From a virus (Duplodnaviria; Caudoviricetes): a stretch of DNA of 39,860 nucleotides. The notes under the pieces are model-generated. The model was not told where the DNA came from. It saw nothing but the letters and a program-made list of their open reading frames with translations, and ran no database searches. This document shows, one piece after another, positions 25,986 to 34,892 of the stretch (position 1 is the first letter of the stretch; every line of letters starts with the position of its first letter). The position numbers and the translations under genes were made by a program. The DNA is taken from positions 1-39,860 of the IMG/VR virus record IMGVR_UViG_3300033407_000053; one strand, given 5' to 3'.

Positions 25986-26554
25986 TGTTCGCCTCCGCTT
26001 CCCTTCTCGGTTTCTCCCGCCACGATAGTGCGCTCTCCAAGCTTCCCGGATCGAACTCTCCCCCCCTGATACACGACCCTGGTGAACATCGTGCGGCGAG
26101 TTTCCGTGGATCTCAGTCCGCTAGGCTCAAGGCGCCTTTCTGATCCCGAGAAGGGGATAACCTTACCGCGTCGCTCGCCCGCCATCGCCTTATAGGCCCT
26201 CGCCTCGTCGGCGTCGCGCTGGACGGCCTTCACGTAACTGTCTCGCTTCTCTGGCAGCAGTTCGCGCCAGTCGCGCAGTAGAGCGGCTTCGTCCTCCGAG
26301 GCATCCATGACGGCGGCGGGTTCAGGATTGGCCGTCGCGTCTGTCGCGTACTTCGCGCCAAGCCCGCAATCCAGCCATCGCGCCTGCACGCCGAGCACGT
26401 GCGCCAGCGCCGCCACGTACGTCGTGGTCGGAACCTCCCCGGTTTCCAGTTCGGACAGGAGGCTCTGAGACATCCCGACCCGAGCGGCGAGCGCCTTCTG
26501 TGTGAGCTTACGTTCCTTGCGGACCGAGCGAATGCGCTTGCCGATGCTTTCCAT
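25982..26554 (-). CDS. cI: CI-like repressor (XRE HTH), no S24 peptidase domain
   Basis: IGKRIRSVRKERKLTQKALAARVGMSQSLLSELETG; divergent from the cro-like gene. Confidence 0.85.
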   Translation of the reverse strand: MESIGKRIRSVRKERKLTQKALAARVGMSQSLLSELETGEVPTTTYVAALAHVLGVQARWLDCGLGAKYATDATANPEPAAVMDASEDEAALLRDWRELLPEKRDSYVKAVQRDADEARAYKAMAGERRGKVIPFSGSERRLEPSGLRSTETRRTMFTRVVYQGGRVRSGKLGERTIVAGETEKGSGGEQ

Positions 26555-26620
26555 ATCGGAATTCTGATCAGAAATACAATCGATGTTCCGATTGACAAAA
26601 TATCGATTCTTCGATATTAT
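26555..26620 (+). promoter_or_regulatory. OR region: three operators and PR (TTGACA-N17-TATTAT)
   Basis: ATCG-N6-(C/T)GAT at 26555, 26579 and 26602; -35 at 26592-26597, -10 at 26615-26620. Confidence 0.82.
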
Positions 26621-26656
26621 GGGGGCGTTGATCGAACCCTCACGAGAAAAGCCGCT

Positions 26657-26851
26657 ATGGACTGGAAGACCCTGATATCCGACCTGATGGAGGCCGGGCT
26701 TACGCAGGCCGAGATAGGGAAAGAGGTCGGGCTGTCGCAGCCGGCTGTTTCCGAGCTGGTGAGCAAGCGCACGGCCGACGTGAAATGGTCGGTCGGAGAA
26801 AAGCTTTTGACTCTGCACCGCGACCGATGCATGACTCAAGCCGCCGCCTGA
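26657..26851 (+). CDS. cro: Cro-like HTH protein
   Basis: GLTQAEIGKEVGLSQPAVSEL; first gene after PR. Confidence 0.8.
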   Translation: MDWKTLISDLMEAGLTQAEIGKEVGLSQPAVSELVSKRTADVKWSVGEKLLTLHRDRCMTQAAA

Positions 26852-26895
26852 AATGATTGCCATCATTGCTGTCTCCTCCCCGCGGTTCGCCGCGT

Positions 26896-26931
26896 TCGCG
26901 CCGGCCTCTAACGGGGTCGGCGATTTTTTTG
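26896..26931 (+). terminator. tR1-like terminator
   Basis: GCCGGCCTC-taac-GGGGTCGGC followed by GA and a T7 run. Confidence 0.55.
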
Positions 26932-26939
26932 ACTGAGCC

Positions 26940-27128
26940 ATGGCCATCGAAAAACTGACCGAAAACCTCGGCGTGAAGCTCTCCGACTCGCAGGTCAAGC
27001 AGCTGCGCGGCGTCGCGGAAGCGGCCGGGACTACGCCATCCGAGCTGGTTCGACACCTCATCGAGATCCACCTCGCGTCGGAGCGCGACCGGTACCGCGC
27101 GCTTCACTGCATCTTTGCAGACGAATAG
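26940..27128 (+). CDS. Small regulator in the CII position (RHH/CopG-like)
   Basis: LGVKLSD...LRGVAEAAGTTPSELVRHLI. Confidence 0.55.
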   Translation: MAIEKLTENLGVKLSDSQVKQLRGVAEAAGTTPSELVRHLIEIHLASERDRYRALHCIFADE

Positions 27129-27184
27129 CGGCAATCCAAGGGCAACAGCAGGCAACGCAGGAAAACTACCAACCGAGGCGAGGA

Positions 27185-27331
27185 ATGAACGACTACGACA
27201 ACGAAGACTGTGACGCCCGCGCAGACGCGGCCCGCATGCGGCTCGTGTTGCTGCTGATGGTCGTCCTTGGCGCGGCGATCGGGTTCGGGGCCTGGTTGGT
27301 CTGGACCGGGCTGACGATGGCGGGGGCGTGA
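27185..27331 (+). CDS. Small membrane protein (48 aa)
   Basis: Translated manually; GAGG RBS; hydrophobic C-terminal half. Confidence 0.45.
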   Translation: MNDYDNEDCDARADAARMRLVLLLMVVLGAAIGFGAWLVWTGLTMAGA

Positions 27332-27582
27332 TGATCGAACTCGCCAGCAAGCAAAACCCGCGCTACACGATCTGGCGCACCCTGAACCCGGACGCGAAGC
27401 TCTACGAGCTGTTCGGCTGGATTCGCGTGCAGTGGTTGGAGTGCCGGAAAGAGATCGGAACACGCTCAGAAAGCCCGCTAGGCCATCAGTCGGAATTCAC
27501 GGCGTGGCTGTGCAAGCGGCATGGCGCGGCATACGGCGCAGCGGGTCAGGCTGTCCTGTTCCAGACGGCGGATCGCGCCTGA
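27331..27582 (+). CDS. Hypothetical protein
   Basis: NPRY..W...F..WI...W...EFTAWL pattern; TGATG overlap. Confidence 0.55.
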   Translation: MIELASKQNPRYTIWRTLNPDAKLYELFGWIRVQWLECRKEIGTRSESPLGHQSEFTAWLCKRHGAAYGAAGQAVLFQTADRA

Positions 27583-27700
27583 TGCGCGGACAAGACAACG
27601 CCCACATCAACCGGCTGGCGGGCCGTCCGTGGGCGCTTGAAAGAACCGAGGGAATAATGACTGAAATCAAGGCAGCAAGCAAGCACGGATGGGTTTCGTG

Positions 27701-28267
27701 ATGGCCCATTACCGCAAGATCGACGTGCAAATCTGGAATGACGCAAGGATCGCCGGCCTGAAGCCGTGCGCGAAGCTTGCGTTTGTATTCCTCATCACGC
27801 ATCCAAACATGACATCGCTGGGTGCGATGAGGGCAACGCTGCAAGGGCTTTCCGCGGAGCTTGGAGTCTCGGCGAAAGACTTTGGCGAAGTCATCTCGAA
27901 AGGCATGGCGAAGTATGACGAGAAGGCTTTGTGCATATTCCTGCCGAACTTTCTGAAGTACCAGGGCGCAGAGTCTCCGAACGTCATCAAGAATTGGGTG
28001 AAGCAGATCGCTTACATACCCGAAAGCGATCTCAAAAGCGAAGCGATAGCCGCCCTCAAAGCCTACGCCGAAGGCAAGCCCGAAGGCTTCGCGAAAGCCT
28101 TTCGAGATGCCTTCGCCAAAGAGTTCCGCGAAGGGTATTCGAATACAGTAAGCAGTAAGCAGTTAGCAGTAATAAACCCCTCTCCTAGCCATGACGAAAA
28201 AGGTTCTTCTGAGGTAGGGATAGAGGTAGATCCACGCACCGGCGAGATTCGCGGGGTGGCGGCATGA
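27701..28267 (+). CDS. Replication initiator-like protein (O position)
   Basis: MAHYRKIDVQIWND...AKLAFVFLITHP N-terminus; upstream of the helicase; internal repeats. Confidence 0.65.
   Translation: MAHYRKIDVQIWNDARIAGLKPCAKLAFVFLITHPNMTSLGAMRATLQGLSAELGVSAKDFGEVISKGMAKYDEKALCIFLPNFLKYQGAESPNVIKNWVKQIAYIPESDLKSEAIAALKAYAEGKPEGFAKAFRDAFAKEFREGYSNTVSSKQLAVINPSPSHDEKGSSEVGIEVDPRTGEIRGVAA
28061..28175 (+). repeat. Candidate replication origin: 12-bp-period iteron-like repeats plus CAGT(A/T)AG x4 AT-rich tract
   Basis: gcctacgccgaa ggcaagcccgaa ggcttcgcgaaa gcctttcgagat gccttcgccaaa..., then cagtaagcagtaagcagttagcagtaataaa. Confidence 0.5.
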
Positions 28268-29760
28268 GCCTATCGTTGAGGCCATACCAGGCGAACGCCA
28301 TCCAGTCCCTGCGCATCGCATTGGCGAGCGGGTTTAATCGGACGCTGCTCTACTCGCCGACCGGCTCGGGTAAGACCGAGATCGCCATCGCCCTGATCCG
28401 AGGCGCAGTGGCGAAGGGCAAACGCGTCGTGTTCCTGTGCAACCGAATTCACCTGGTCAGCCAAGCGTCGCGCCGATTCGCCAAGGCCGGCATTGCGCAC
28501 GGGGTGGTGCAAGGCGACAACACGCACAACCTGCACTGCCCGGTGATCGTGGCGAGCATCCAGACCGTTGCAAGGCGCAGCATGCCGGACTGCGATCTGA
28601 TCATCATCGACGAAGCGCATGCGGTGGCGGGAAGCCGAGATTTCCGCAGCGTGATTTTCGAGCGCAACGCGCTGCCGGTGATCGGGCTTTCGGCTACGCC
28701 GTTTTCTCGCGGGTTGGGTCGGCACTACGTCGAACTCAACGGCGATCTGTTCCAGTCGCTGGTCGTCGCCGCGACGATTCCGGAGCTGATCGACGCGGGG
28801 TTTCTCGTCGATTGCGACATCTACGCGCCCAGCGAGCCGGACATGACCGGCATCAAGACGTCGCGCAACGCGTTCGGCGAGTTGGACTTTTCCGACGCGG
28901 ATGTTGGGCGTGCGGTCGACAAGCCGACCCTGATCGGCGACATCGTTTCGCACTGGATGCGGCTGTCCGCTGACACGCCGACGGTGTGCTTTGCCGCAAA
29001 CATCGCGCACTCGAAGCACATCGTCGAATCGTTCCGCGCGGCGGGCGTGGCGGCAGAGCACATCGACTGCTACACGGACGATATTGAGCGCGCTGCGATC
29101 CTTGCTCGGGTCGAATCGGGCGAGACGATGATCATCTCGAACGTCGGCATCCTTTGCGAAGGATGGGACTTCCCAGCGTGCAGAACGATGATCCTGGCCC
29201 GCCCGACGCGCTCGCTGATTCGCTATATCCAGATGGCCGGCCGGGTGCTTCGCCCACACGGCACGAAGGATCGCGCGCTGATCCTGGACCACTCCGGGAC
29301 GGTTGGCCGGCTCGGATTCCCGACCGACGAATTCCCGCTGGAACTCGACGACGGCAAGCCGAAGAAGGCGGCCGCCGACGAGAAGGAGCCGCCAAAGCCG
29401 GTTGTGTGCTCGGTGTGCGCCTTTGCGAAGCCGCCGAGAACGCCGGTATGCCCGAAGTGCGGGAGCGTGGCGCACCACAAGCACGACATCGTGACCGAGG
29501 ACGGCGACCTGCATCTCGTGTCGAGGAAGCGCAGGGCGAAGGTCGAAGACAAGCAACGCGTGTGGTCGGAACTGCTGTCCGTTCGGCTTGCGAAGGGCTA
29601 TTCGGAGGGCTGGGCGTCGCACAAATACCGCGACTATTTCGGGGTATGGCCGAAGGGCATGCGTGACGTTTGCATCGAGCCGAGCGCGGAAATCAAGGCG
29701 TGGATTACGTCGCAAAACATCCGGTTTGCGAAGGCGAAGGAGGGGCGCGATGCAGCCTAA
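28264..29760 (+). CDS. Superfamily 2 (DExH) helicase with C-terminal zinc ribbon
   Basis: PTGSGKT, IIDEAH, SAT, QMAGRVLR and CxxC-CxxC motifs. Confidence 0.9.
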   Translation: MSLSLRPYQANAIQSLRIALASGFNRTLLYSPTGSGKTEIAIALIRGAVAKGKRVVFLCNRIHLVSQASRRFAKAGIAHGVVQGDNTHNLHCPVIVASIQTVARRSMPDCDLIIIDEAHAVAGSRDFRSVIFERNALPVIGLSATPFSRGLGRHYVELNGDLFQSLVVAATIPELIDAGFLVDCDIYAPSEPDMTGIKTSRNAFGELDFSDADVGRAVDKPTLIGDIVSHWMRLSADTPTVCFAANIAHSKHIVESFRAAGVAAEHIDCYTDDIERAAILARVESGETMIISNVGILCEGWDFPACRTMILARPTRSLIRYIQMAGRVLRPHGTKDRALILDHSGTVGRLGFPTDEFPLELDDGKPKKAAADEKEPPKPVVCSVCAFAKPPRTPVCPKCGSVAHHKHDIVTEDGDLHLVSRKRRAKVEDKQRVWSELLSVRLAKGYSEGWASHKYRDYFGVWPKGMRDVCIEPSAEIKAWITSQNIRFAKAKEGRDAA

Positions 29761-30673
29761 TCGAACTTCCCCAGCCGAGCTTGCTACCGGACGATGGGGC
29801 TACATCCTGCCGACGCTCGGCCTCGATGAACGGTTCATGCAGAACAAGCACGGGCCATGCCCGCACTGCGGCGGGAAAGACCGCTACCGATACGACGACA
29901 AGGACGGCCGCGGCGGCTGGATCTGCAACCAGTGCGGACCAGGGGACGGGTACAGGATGCTCCAGATCCTCAATGGCTGGAGCTTCAAGCAGGCGTTCGG
30001 CGAGGTGCGTCGCCTGCTCGACACTTCCTGCGCGCCAGCCGCATCGCCGGTCGTTCAGGACGACGAGCCCGCGAAGGTCGCGAACATCCGCCGCGTGTGG
30101 TCGGAGACGGAAGCGGTCGATAAGGGAGATCCGGTGTGGCGCTACCTCAACCGGCGAATCGGCCTCGAGCTGATTCCGGCATGCCTGCGCTATCACCCGG
30201 CACTGGCTTACGTGCATGACGATCGGCGTGTCACGTATCACCCGGCGATGATTGCCGCCGTCACCTACCCGGACGGGAAGTGCGCGACGCTGCACCGGAC
30301 GTACCTCACGCCGGACGGGCGCAAGGCTGACGTTCCCGCTGCGAAGAAGCTCATGCCCGGAAAGCCGCTCCAAACGTCGTCGATCAAGCTTGGCGGCTAC
30401 TCGGAAGTGCTAGGCATTGCGGAGGGCATCGAAACCGCCTTGGCCGCGTCTAGGCGGTTCGGCGTGCCCGTGTGGGCGTGCGTGTCGTCCGGATTGATGG
30501 AGGGCTGGAAGCAGCCCGCCGACATCGATCGCGTGATCGTGTTCGGCGACAACGACCCGAAGTTTGCCGGCCAGGCAGCCGCCTACCGCATCGCTCACAA
30601 GCTCGCCTGCGCTGGCGTGCATGTCGATATTCAGATCCCGGATGTATCCGGAAAGGATTGGGCCGATGTTTGA
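29750..30673 (+). CDS. Primase (zinc-binding plus Toprim domain)
   Basis: HGPCPHCGGKDR, WICNQC, IAEGIETAL, FGDND and KDWAD motifs. Confidence 0.88.
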   Translation: MQPNRTSPAELATGRWGYILPTLGLDERFMQNKHGPCPHCGGKDRYRYDDKDGRGGWICNQCGPGDGYRMLQILNGWSFKQAFGEVRRLLDTSCAPAASPVVQDDEPAKVANIRRVWSETEAVDKGDPVWRYLNRRIGLELIPACLRYHPALAYVHDDRRVTYHPAMIAAVTYPDGKCATLHRTYLTPDGRKADVPAAKKLMPGKPLQTSSIKLGGYSEVLGIAEGIETALAASRRFGVPVWACVSSGLMEGWKQPADIDRVIVFGDNDPKFAGQAAAYRIAHKLACAGVHVDIQIPDVSGKDWADV

Positions 30674-30959
30674 GATGGACCAGTTCAGAGCGGACTTCGC
30701 CGTCGTGCATCGCACCGAGCGTGCGCACGGACGGCATACCGACGCAGAGTCGCGCGCCAATATCGCCGAGGCCGGGAAAGTCGTCCGGGATCGCATGAAA
30801 GACGCGGCATGGATGCGCGACACCGCCACGCACTACGCCGAGATGGCCGGCGCGATCCGTCGCGACATGGAGCGCTCGCAGCAAATCCGGATCGAGATGC
30901 ACGCCGAGCGGACGAAGCGCATCCGCGCGGAGATGGCATCGGCAAAGGAATCGACGTGA
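30666..30959 (+). CDS. Hypothetical protein
   Basis: AAGGA RBS; coupled ORF. Confidence 0.55.
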   Translation: MFEMDQFRADFAVVHRTERAHGRHTDAESRANIAEAGKVVRDRMKDAAWMRDTATHYAEMAGAIRRDMERSQQIRIEMHAERTKRIRAEMASAKEST

Positions 30960-31168
30960 GCAAAATCATCATCCAGAACGACTCGACGCGCAGCGACATC
31001 CAGGCGCTGCAATACGTGATTTCTGTCATACGCGGCGGGAGGGTGTCCGATCACGGAAAGTCGTACTGCTTCGCCAGTACGTTTGTCGACGGCGTGGTCG
31101 TCTATGCATTGCGGAATTACAAGTCCGACAAGTTCGTGGTTCAGGACTGCGTGGCGGTGCCTGCATGA
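30956..31168 (+). CDS. Hypothetical protein
   Basis: GTGA overlap; VIRGGRVS...YC motif. Confidence 0.55.
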   Translation: MSKIIIQNDSTRSDIQALQYVISVIRGGRVSDHGKSYCFASTFVDGVVVYALRNYKSDKFVVQDCVAVPA

Positions 31169-31740
31169 CGATATCCGCCGAACGCCAACCCCGCCCGCGC
31201 AAGTGCAAGGCGCCCGCGTGCCGCGCTGCGTTCGTGCCTGCTCGGCCCCTGCAGGCCGCGTGCAGCCCGCAATGCGCATTGGACATAGCGAGGCAGAGGC
31301 GCGAGAAAGAAACGGCACTGGCGGCCCGTAAAGAGCGCGCAGAGGCCAAACAGAAACTGAAGCGCCGGGCCGATTACGTGCGGGAGGCTCAGCAGGCCGT
31401 GAATGCCTACGTGCGGGCGCGCGATGCGGATCTTCCGTGCATATCGTGCGGCCGTTGGCACGACGGGCAATGGCACGCGGGGCACTACCTATCGACCGGG
31501 GCGAGGCCGAACCTGCGCTTCGACGAGCAGAACATCCACAAGCAGTGCCAGCCGTGCAATACGCACCTGTCTGGAAATCTGGTGAATTACCGGCGAAGGC
31601 TTATCGAGAAGATCGGGATTGACGCAGTTGAGGGTCTGGAGTCGGACCAGGCCGCGCGCAAATGGTCGGTCGACGATTTGATCGCGATCAGAAAGCAGTA
31701 CGTCGAGAAAAGAAAGGCGATTACGAGGGGCAGCCCATGA
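31165..31740 (+). CDS. ninG: NinG/Rap recombination endonuclease
   Basis: RARDADLPCISCG, WHAGHY, LRFDEQNIHKQCQPCN motifs. Confidence 0.92.
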   Translation: MTISAERQPRPRKCKAPACRAAFVPARPLQAACSPQCALDIARQRREKETALAARKERAEAKQKLKRRADYVREAQQAVNAYVRARDADLPCISCGRWHDGQWHAGHYLSTGARPNLRFDEQNIHKQCQPCNTHLSGNLVNYRRRLIEKIGIDAVEGLESDQAARKWSVDDLIAIRKQYVEKRKAITRGSP

Positions 31741-31922
31741 GCACGCACACCGTGAAAATCGAGGTTGTCGGCATGTACCAGCACGGGGCAAAGACGCACG
31801 CGTCCGTGTCGGTTACGGGCGACGGTTCTATCGACCACATGATCGACACGTTCCGGGCCGCGCTGGTCGCCGCAGGGTTCTCGTCGGATACGGCATCGCG
31901 TCTGGATCTGATCGAGCAATGA
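31737..31922 (+). CDS. Hypothetical nin-region protein
   Basis: ATGA overlaps. Confidence 0.5.
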   Translation: MSTHTVKIEVVGMYQHGAKTHASVSVTGDGSIDHMIDTFRAALVAAGFSSDTASRLDLIEQ

Positions 31923-32107
31923 CCGACGACGACATCATCGAGTGGTTCGAGGAGCTCGCGGCCGTCCGCGAACACGATCACCGTATTCCGAGGCGCAATG
32001 CGGAGTCGATCGCACTGCGGATCATCAGCGAGAAGTACGGACAAGACGCGGCGAAAGTTGCACACCGGCACGCCGAAGCGAGGCGGGCAAAAGGGGAAGA
32101 CGAATGA
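31919..32107 (+). CDS. Hypothetical nin-region protein
   Basis: EWFEELAAVREHD; coupled ORF. Confidence 0.5.
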   Translation: MTDDDIIEWFEELAAVREHDHRIPRRNAESIALRIISEKYGQDAAKVAHRHAEARRAKGEDE

Positions 32108-32349
32108 CTGACGACGAGATCATCGCGCACATGCGATCCCGCATCAACACGGTCTATGAGTACCAGATCGGAACCGAGTCATGGGAGCGCAAGAGGGTGC
32201 TTGCGATCATTGATCAGATGAAATCCGATGCGTCAACGCTGCGATCGATTCAGGAGCTCGCGGCGTACTGTCTGAGGAACAACGAGGGATACCACACGAC
32301 GATGATCAAGATCAGCGAACTGGTTGGTAGTGAGCGACGTATTGGATAG
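32104..32349 (+). CDS. Hypothetical nin-region protein
   Basis: ATGA overlap; GGGG RBS. Confidence 0.5.
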   Translation: MTDDEIIAHMRSRINTVYEYQIGTESWERKRVLAIIDQMKSDASTLRSIQELAAYCLRNNEGYHTTMIKISELVGSERRIG

Positions 32350-32419
32350 GCTAGATTTGGTCGAATAAGGGGGTTTACATGGCTTGGTACACGACAGACG
32401 ACGCACGAAGGGACGCGAG

Positions 32420-32683
32420 ATGATCAACCGAATGGATCAGTCCGAACGACTTCGGCAGTACAACCGCTGGCGGCGCGGAGACGACGATCTGGAGCAGCCG
32501 AACCCGAAGGAGCTTGGCGAGCTGATCGAAGGCGCTGCCGATCGGCTCGAAGTGCTGGAGCGATTGGCATCGGATGTCGATCGATGCTACCGGATGCTGC
32601 TCTCGGAGCCGGACACGAAAGGCGCGCTGTTCAAAGCAGAGAACATCCTGCGTGAGGCGCTTGCGGAGATCAAAATGATATGA
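32420..32683 (+). CDS. Hypothetical nin-region protein
   Basis: LRQYNRWRRGD..QPNPKELG motif. Confidence 0.55.
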   Translation: MINRMDQSERLRQYNRWRRGDDDLEQPNPKELGELIEGAADRLEVLERLASDVDRCYRMLLSEPDTKGALFKAENILREALAEIKMI

Positions 32684-32916
32684 CAGACGAACGAGATACG
32701 CATATTGCCCGGATGACATTGCAGGCAATCGACGAGTTGATGGCGAAGATGCCGATGATGGAAGAACGCAAGGCGGCGTTTGGCTACCTGCTGATGACGA
32801 GCTACAAGATTCTGCGAACCGCGGAAGGCGACGAGTTTGTGCGCGGTTGGCTGGAGAGCGCACTAGAGGAAGTGAAGGCGTGCCCGCCGGACGTTGTGAT
32901 GGTGGCGCCGCATTGA
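32680..32916 (+). CDS. Hypothetical nin-region protein
   Basis: Coupled ORF with GGAG RBS. Confidence 0.55.
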   Translation: MTDERDTHIARMTLQAIDELMAKMPMMEERKAAFGYLLMTSYKILRTAEGDEFVRGWLESALEEVKACPPDVVMVAPH

Positions 32917-33392
32917 TGACTCCGACTTTTCAGGGCGAGATGCAGTTAGCCGGGTGGGCCGAGTCGCACACGTCCGGCGCGAAGCTGACCTTCTGGCTGC
33001 CTGCGTCGGCCGATCTGGAAGTCTTCAGGGGCATGACAGCGCGCAAGGGGCATCGGGCCGGGCAGCGGTTCATGGCCGTGCTTGTCGAGATCGGAGACGA
33101 TGAGTTGCCGGTTCCGCAGACGGTGGTGCAGCCGACGGCAGCCCCGGGCCCGGGCCCCAAACAAAAGGGCGGCGAACTCGCGCGCCTCGCCGGCAGATGG
33201 TGCGGAGACGAGATGTTCCGGCACTGGCTCGGCGTGGATACCGCGGAGGATGCGGCGGAGAACGTGCGCATGGCATGCGGGGTCACGAGCCGCGCTGAAC
33301 TGGACCACAACGCCGATGCGGCGAAGGCGTTCCACCGGATCTACCGAGAGCCATTTATTGCGTACTGCCGTGATGCGGGGATTGAACTATGA
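32916..33392 (+). CDS. Hypothetical nin-region protein
   Basis: CGVTSRAELDHNADA motif; TGATG overlap. Confidence 0.65.
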   Translation: MTPTFQGEMQLAGWAESHTSGAKLTFWLPASADLEVFRGMTARKGHRAGQRFMAVLVEIGDDELPVPQTVVQPTAAPGPGPKQKGGELARLAGRWCGDEMFRHWLGVDTAEDAAENVRMACGVTSRAELDHNADAAKAFHRIYREPFIAYCRDAGIEL

Positions 33393-33607
33393 AATGGCTG
33401 GAAATTGAGACAGCGCCGAAGGATTCGACGGCAGTAGATATTTGGCGATCGCAGTGTGGTGGCGAGCGATGCACGAATATGCGCCGAGTCGATCTTGGCA
33501 AGGGCAATGTTTTTTACGAGCCAGTCGGCAGCGGACCTGCCTGCGTGAGGGATGCGACGCACTGGATGCCGCTGCCAGATCCTCCCAAGGATTGCGATGG
33601 CGTATAG
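33389..33607 (+). CDS. DUF551-like protein
   Basis: W..IETAPKD...THWMPLPDPP. Confidence 0.75.
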   Translation: MKWLEIETAPKDSTAVDIWRSQCGGERCTNMRRVDLGKGNVFYEPVGSGPACVRDATHWMPLPDPPKDCDGV

Positions 33608-33845
33608 CTGCAAGACCACTGACCCGAGCTCATGGCGCGGCCGACCGACCGAGCAGTTGATGCAGCGAGGATGGCGATACCTGCACCGAGGCGACGTCAT
33701 CACGCGTGAGCCGGTGATGATCAAGGTGACTACGGACTGGCTGCCGATCCGGTGCGGGCGGCTTGAGCAGCCTGGCTATACGGACACCGAATGCGCGGGG
33801 TGCGCGCTCGACAACAACAAGGACGCCAATGGCCTTACCAGCTGA
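33597..33845 (+). CDS. Cys-containing hypothetical protein
   Basis: AAGGA RBS; C-terminal C...CAGC. Confidence 0.45.
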   Translation: MAYSCKTTDPSSWRGRPTEQLMQRGWRYLHRGDVITREPVMIKVTTDWLPIRCGRLEQPGYTDTECAGCALDNNKDANGLTS

Positions 33846-34062
33846 TCAATACCAAAACCCGGAAAAATGGCTCGCCATCAAGGGCCAGGACTGCGAGAAC
33901 TGCCGCAGCATCGAGGTTATCGAGTGGGACGGCATACGGGTGGTCTCGTGCAGCAACGAGCAGGCGCCGAGGTCGCGCAGGAGCCATGCGCCGGCTTGCC
34001 GGTGTTATCTCTACCGACACAAAGGGGCGCCGTCGGACGATCTCAACCAGGGGGCCGAATGA
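33829..34062 (+). CDS. Cys-rich hypothetical protein
   Basis: AAGGA RBS; CENC...C...C pattern. Confidence 0.5.
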   Translation: MALPADQYQNPEKWLAIKGQDCENCRSIEVIEWDGIRVVSCSNEQAPRSRRSHAPACRCYLYRHKGAPSDDLNQGAE

Positions 34063-34442
34063 TCCGGGAAAGCATCTTCGAGCAGTTGCGGCGCATCCCT
34101 GATGATCTGCAGGAGACGGCCGCCAAGCTGGACAATTGGGCGCACTGGTCCCGCGACAGGCTTAGGCAGGGCCATTGCAGATCAATCGAGTACCGGTACA
34201 AATCGACGGACATTTTCCAGTACCTCGAGCCGCGCGCGGAGTGGGATTCGCTGGCGGCCGAGGCGATCCACAGCCATGTGTGCGCGCTGCCGGAAAAGCA
34301 GCGGTGGCTGATCCATTTGCACTGCTTGCACCGGGCTCCGGACGGATTTATCCGACGTACGCTCGGCATCCGGCGCGATGATCTGGTGACGGAGTTGCAC
34401 CGGGCGATGCGGATGGTGCGGAACCGGGCGCGGCCAAGTTGA
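34059..34442 (+). CDS. Late antiterminator Q-like protein
   Basis: KLDNWAHW...SIEYRY and a C-terminal HTH-like region; immediately before the late promoter and terminator. Confidence 0.6.
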   Translation: MIRESIFEQLRRIPDDLQETAAKLDNWAHWSRDRLRQGHCRSIEYRYKSTDIFQYLEPRAEWDSLAAEAIHSHVCALPEKQRWLIHLHCLHRAPDGFIRRTLGIRRDDLVTELHRAMRMVRNRARPS

Positions 34443-34467
34443 ACCCGCTCGGCATCTGTGCTATAAA
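34439..34467 (+). promoter_or_regulatory. Late promoter PR' (TTGAAC-N17-TATAAA, extended -10)
   Basis: Consensus spacing; TG at 34459-34460; directly after the Q-like gene. Confidence 0.65.
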
Positions 34468-34536
34468 TCGCGCAGAGTACTGAACCCGTCACAGACGAGA
34501 CCGGATGCCGAAGGCAGGCACCCGCGACCGCGACAG

Positions 34537-34568
34537 AAGCCCGTTACCGAAAGGTCGCGGGCTTTTTG
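34537..34568 (+). terminator. tR'-like terminator before the terminase genes
   Basis: AAGCCCG-ttACC gaaa GGTcg-CGGGCTT followed by TTT. Confidence 0.7.
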
Positions 34569-34613
34569 CCGTCCAGCCGCAGGGCTTTAACACTGTCGCC
34601 CGAGGGGCAAAAC

Positions 34614-34892
34614 ATGTCAGCCGATAAACAAACGCCGAGAATCGGAAAGGGCGGGGCGGGCCCTGGGCGAAAGAAGGGCATCCCGAACAAGCTCACGTCC
34701 GACGTCAAGTCGATGATCCTCGAAGCGCTCGACAAGGCCGGAGGCACGGAATACCTGCTGAGCCAAGCGCACGAGAACCCGAAAGCCTTCCTGTCGCTGC
34801 TGGGCCGTGTGATCCCGTTGCAGGTACAGGGCGACAAGGACAATCCGCTGTACATCGCCAAGATCGAGCGCGTCATCATCGACCCGAAGTGA
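34614..34892 (+). CDS. terS: Terminase small subunit (putative)
   Basis: GRKKGIPNKLT..VK.MI...NPKAFLSLLGRVIP; GAGGGG RBS; upstream of terL. Confidence 0.7.
   Translation: MSADKQTPRIGKGGAGPGRKKGIPNKLTSDVKSMILEALDKAGGTEYLLSQAHENPKAFLSLLGRVIPLQVQGDKDNPLYIAKIERVIIDPK

Noticed and set aside
26555-27061. N-terminal extension giving a 359-aa repressor
   Set aside because: The extension runs through the operators and antisense to cro; the HTH begins at MESIGKRIR (26554).
20727-29715. Long antisense ORFs in the track (e.g. 20727..21977 +, 28270..29715 -, and 5945..7405 - elsewhere)
   Set aside because: Shadow frames of real genes in high-GC DNA, with no motifs or RBS.
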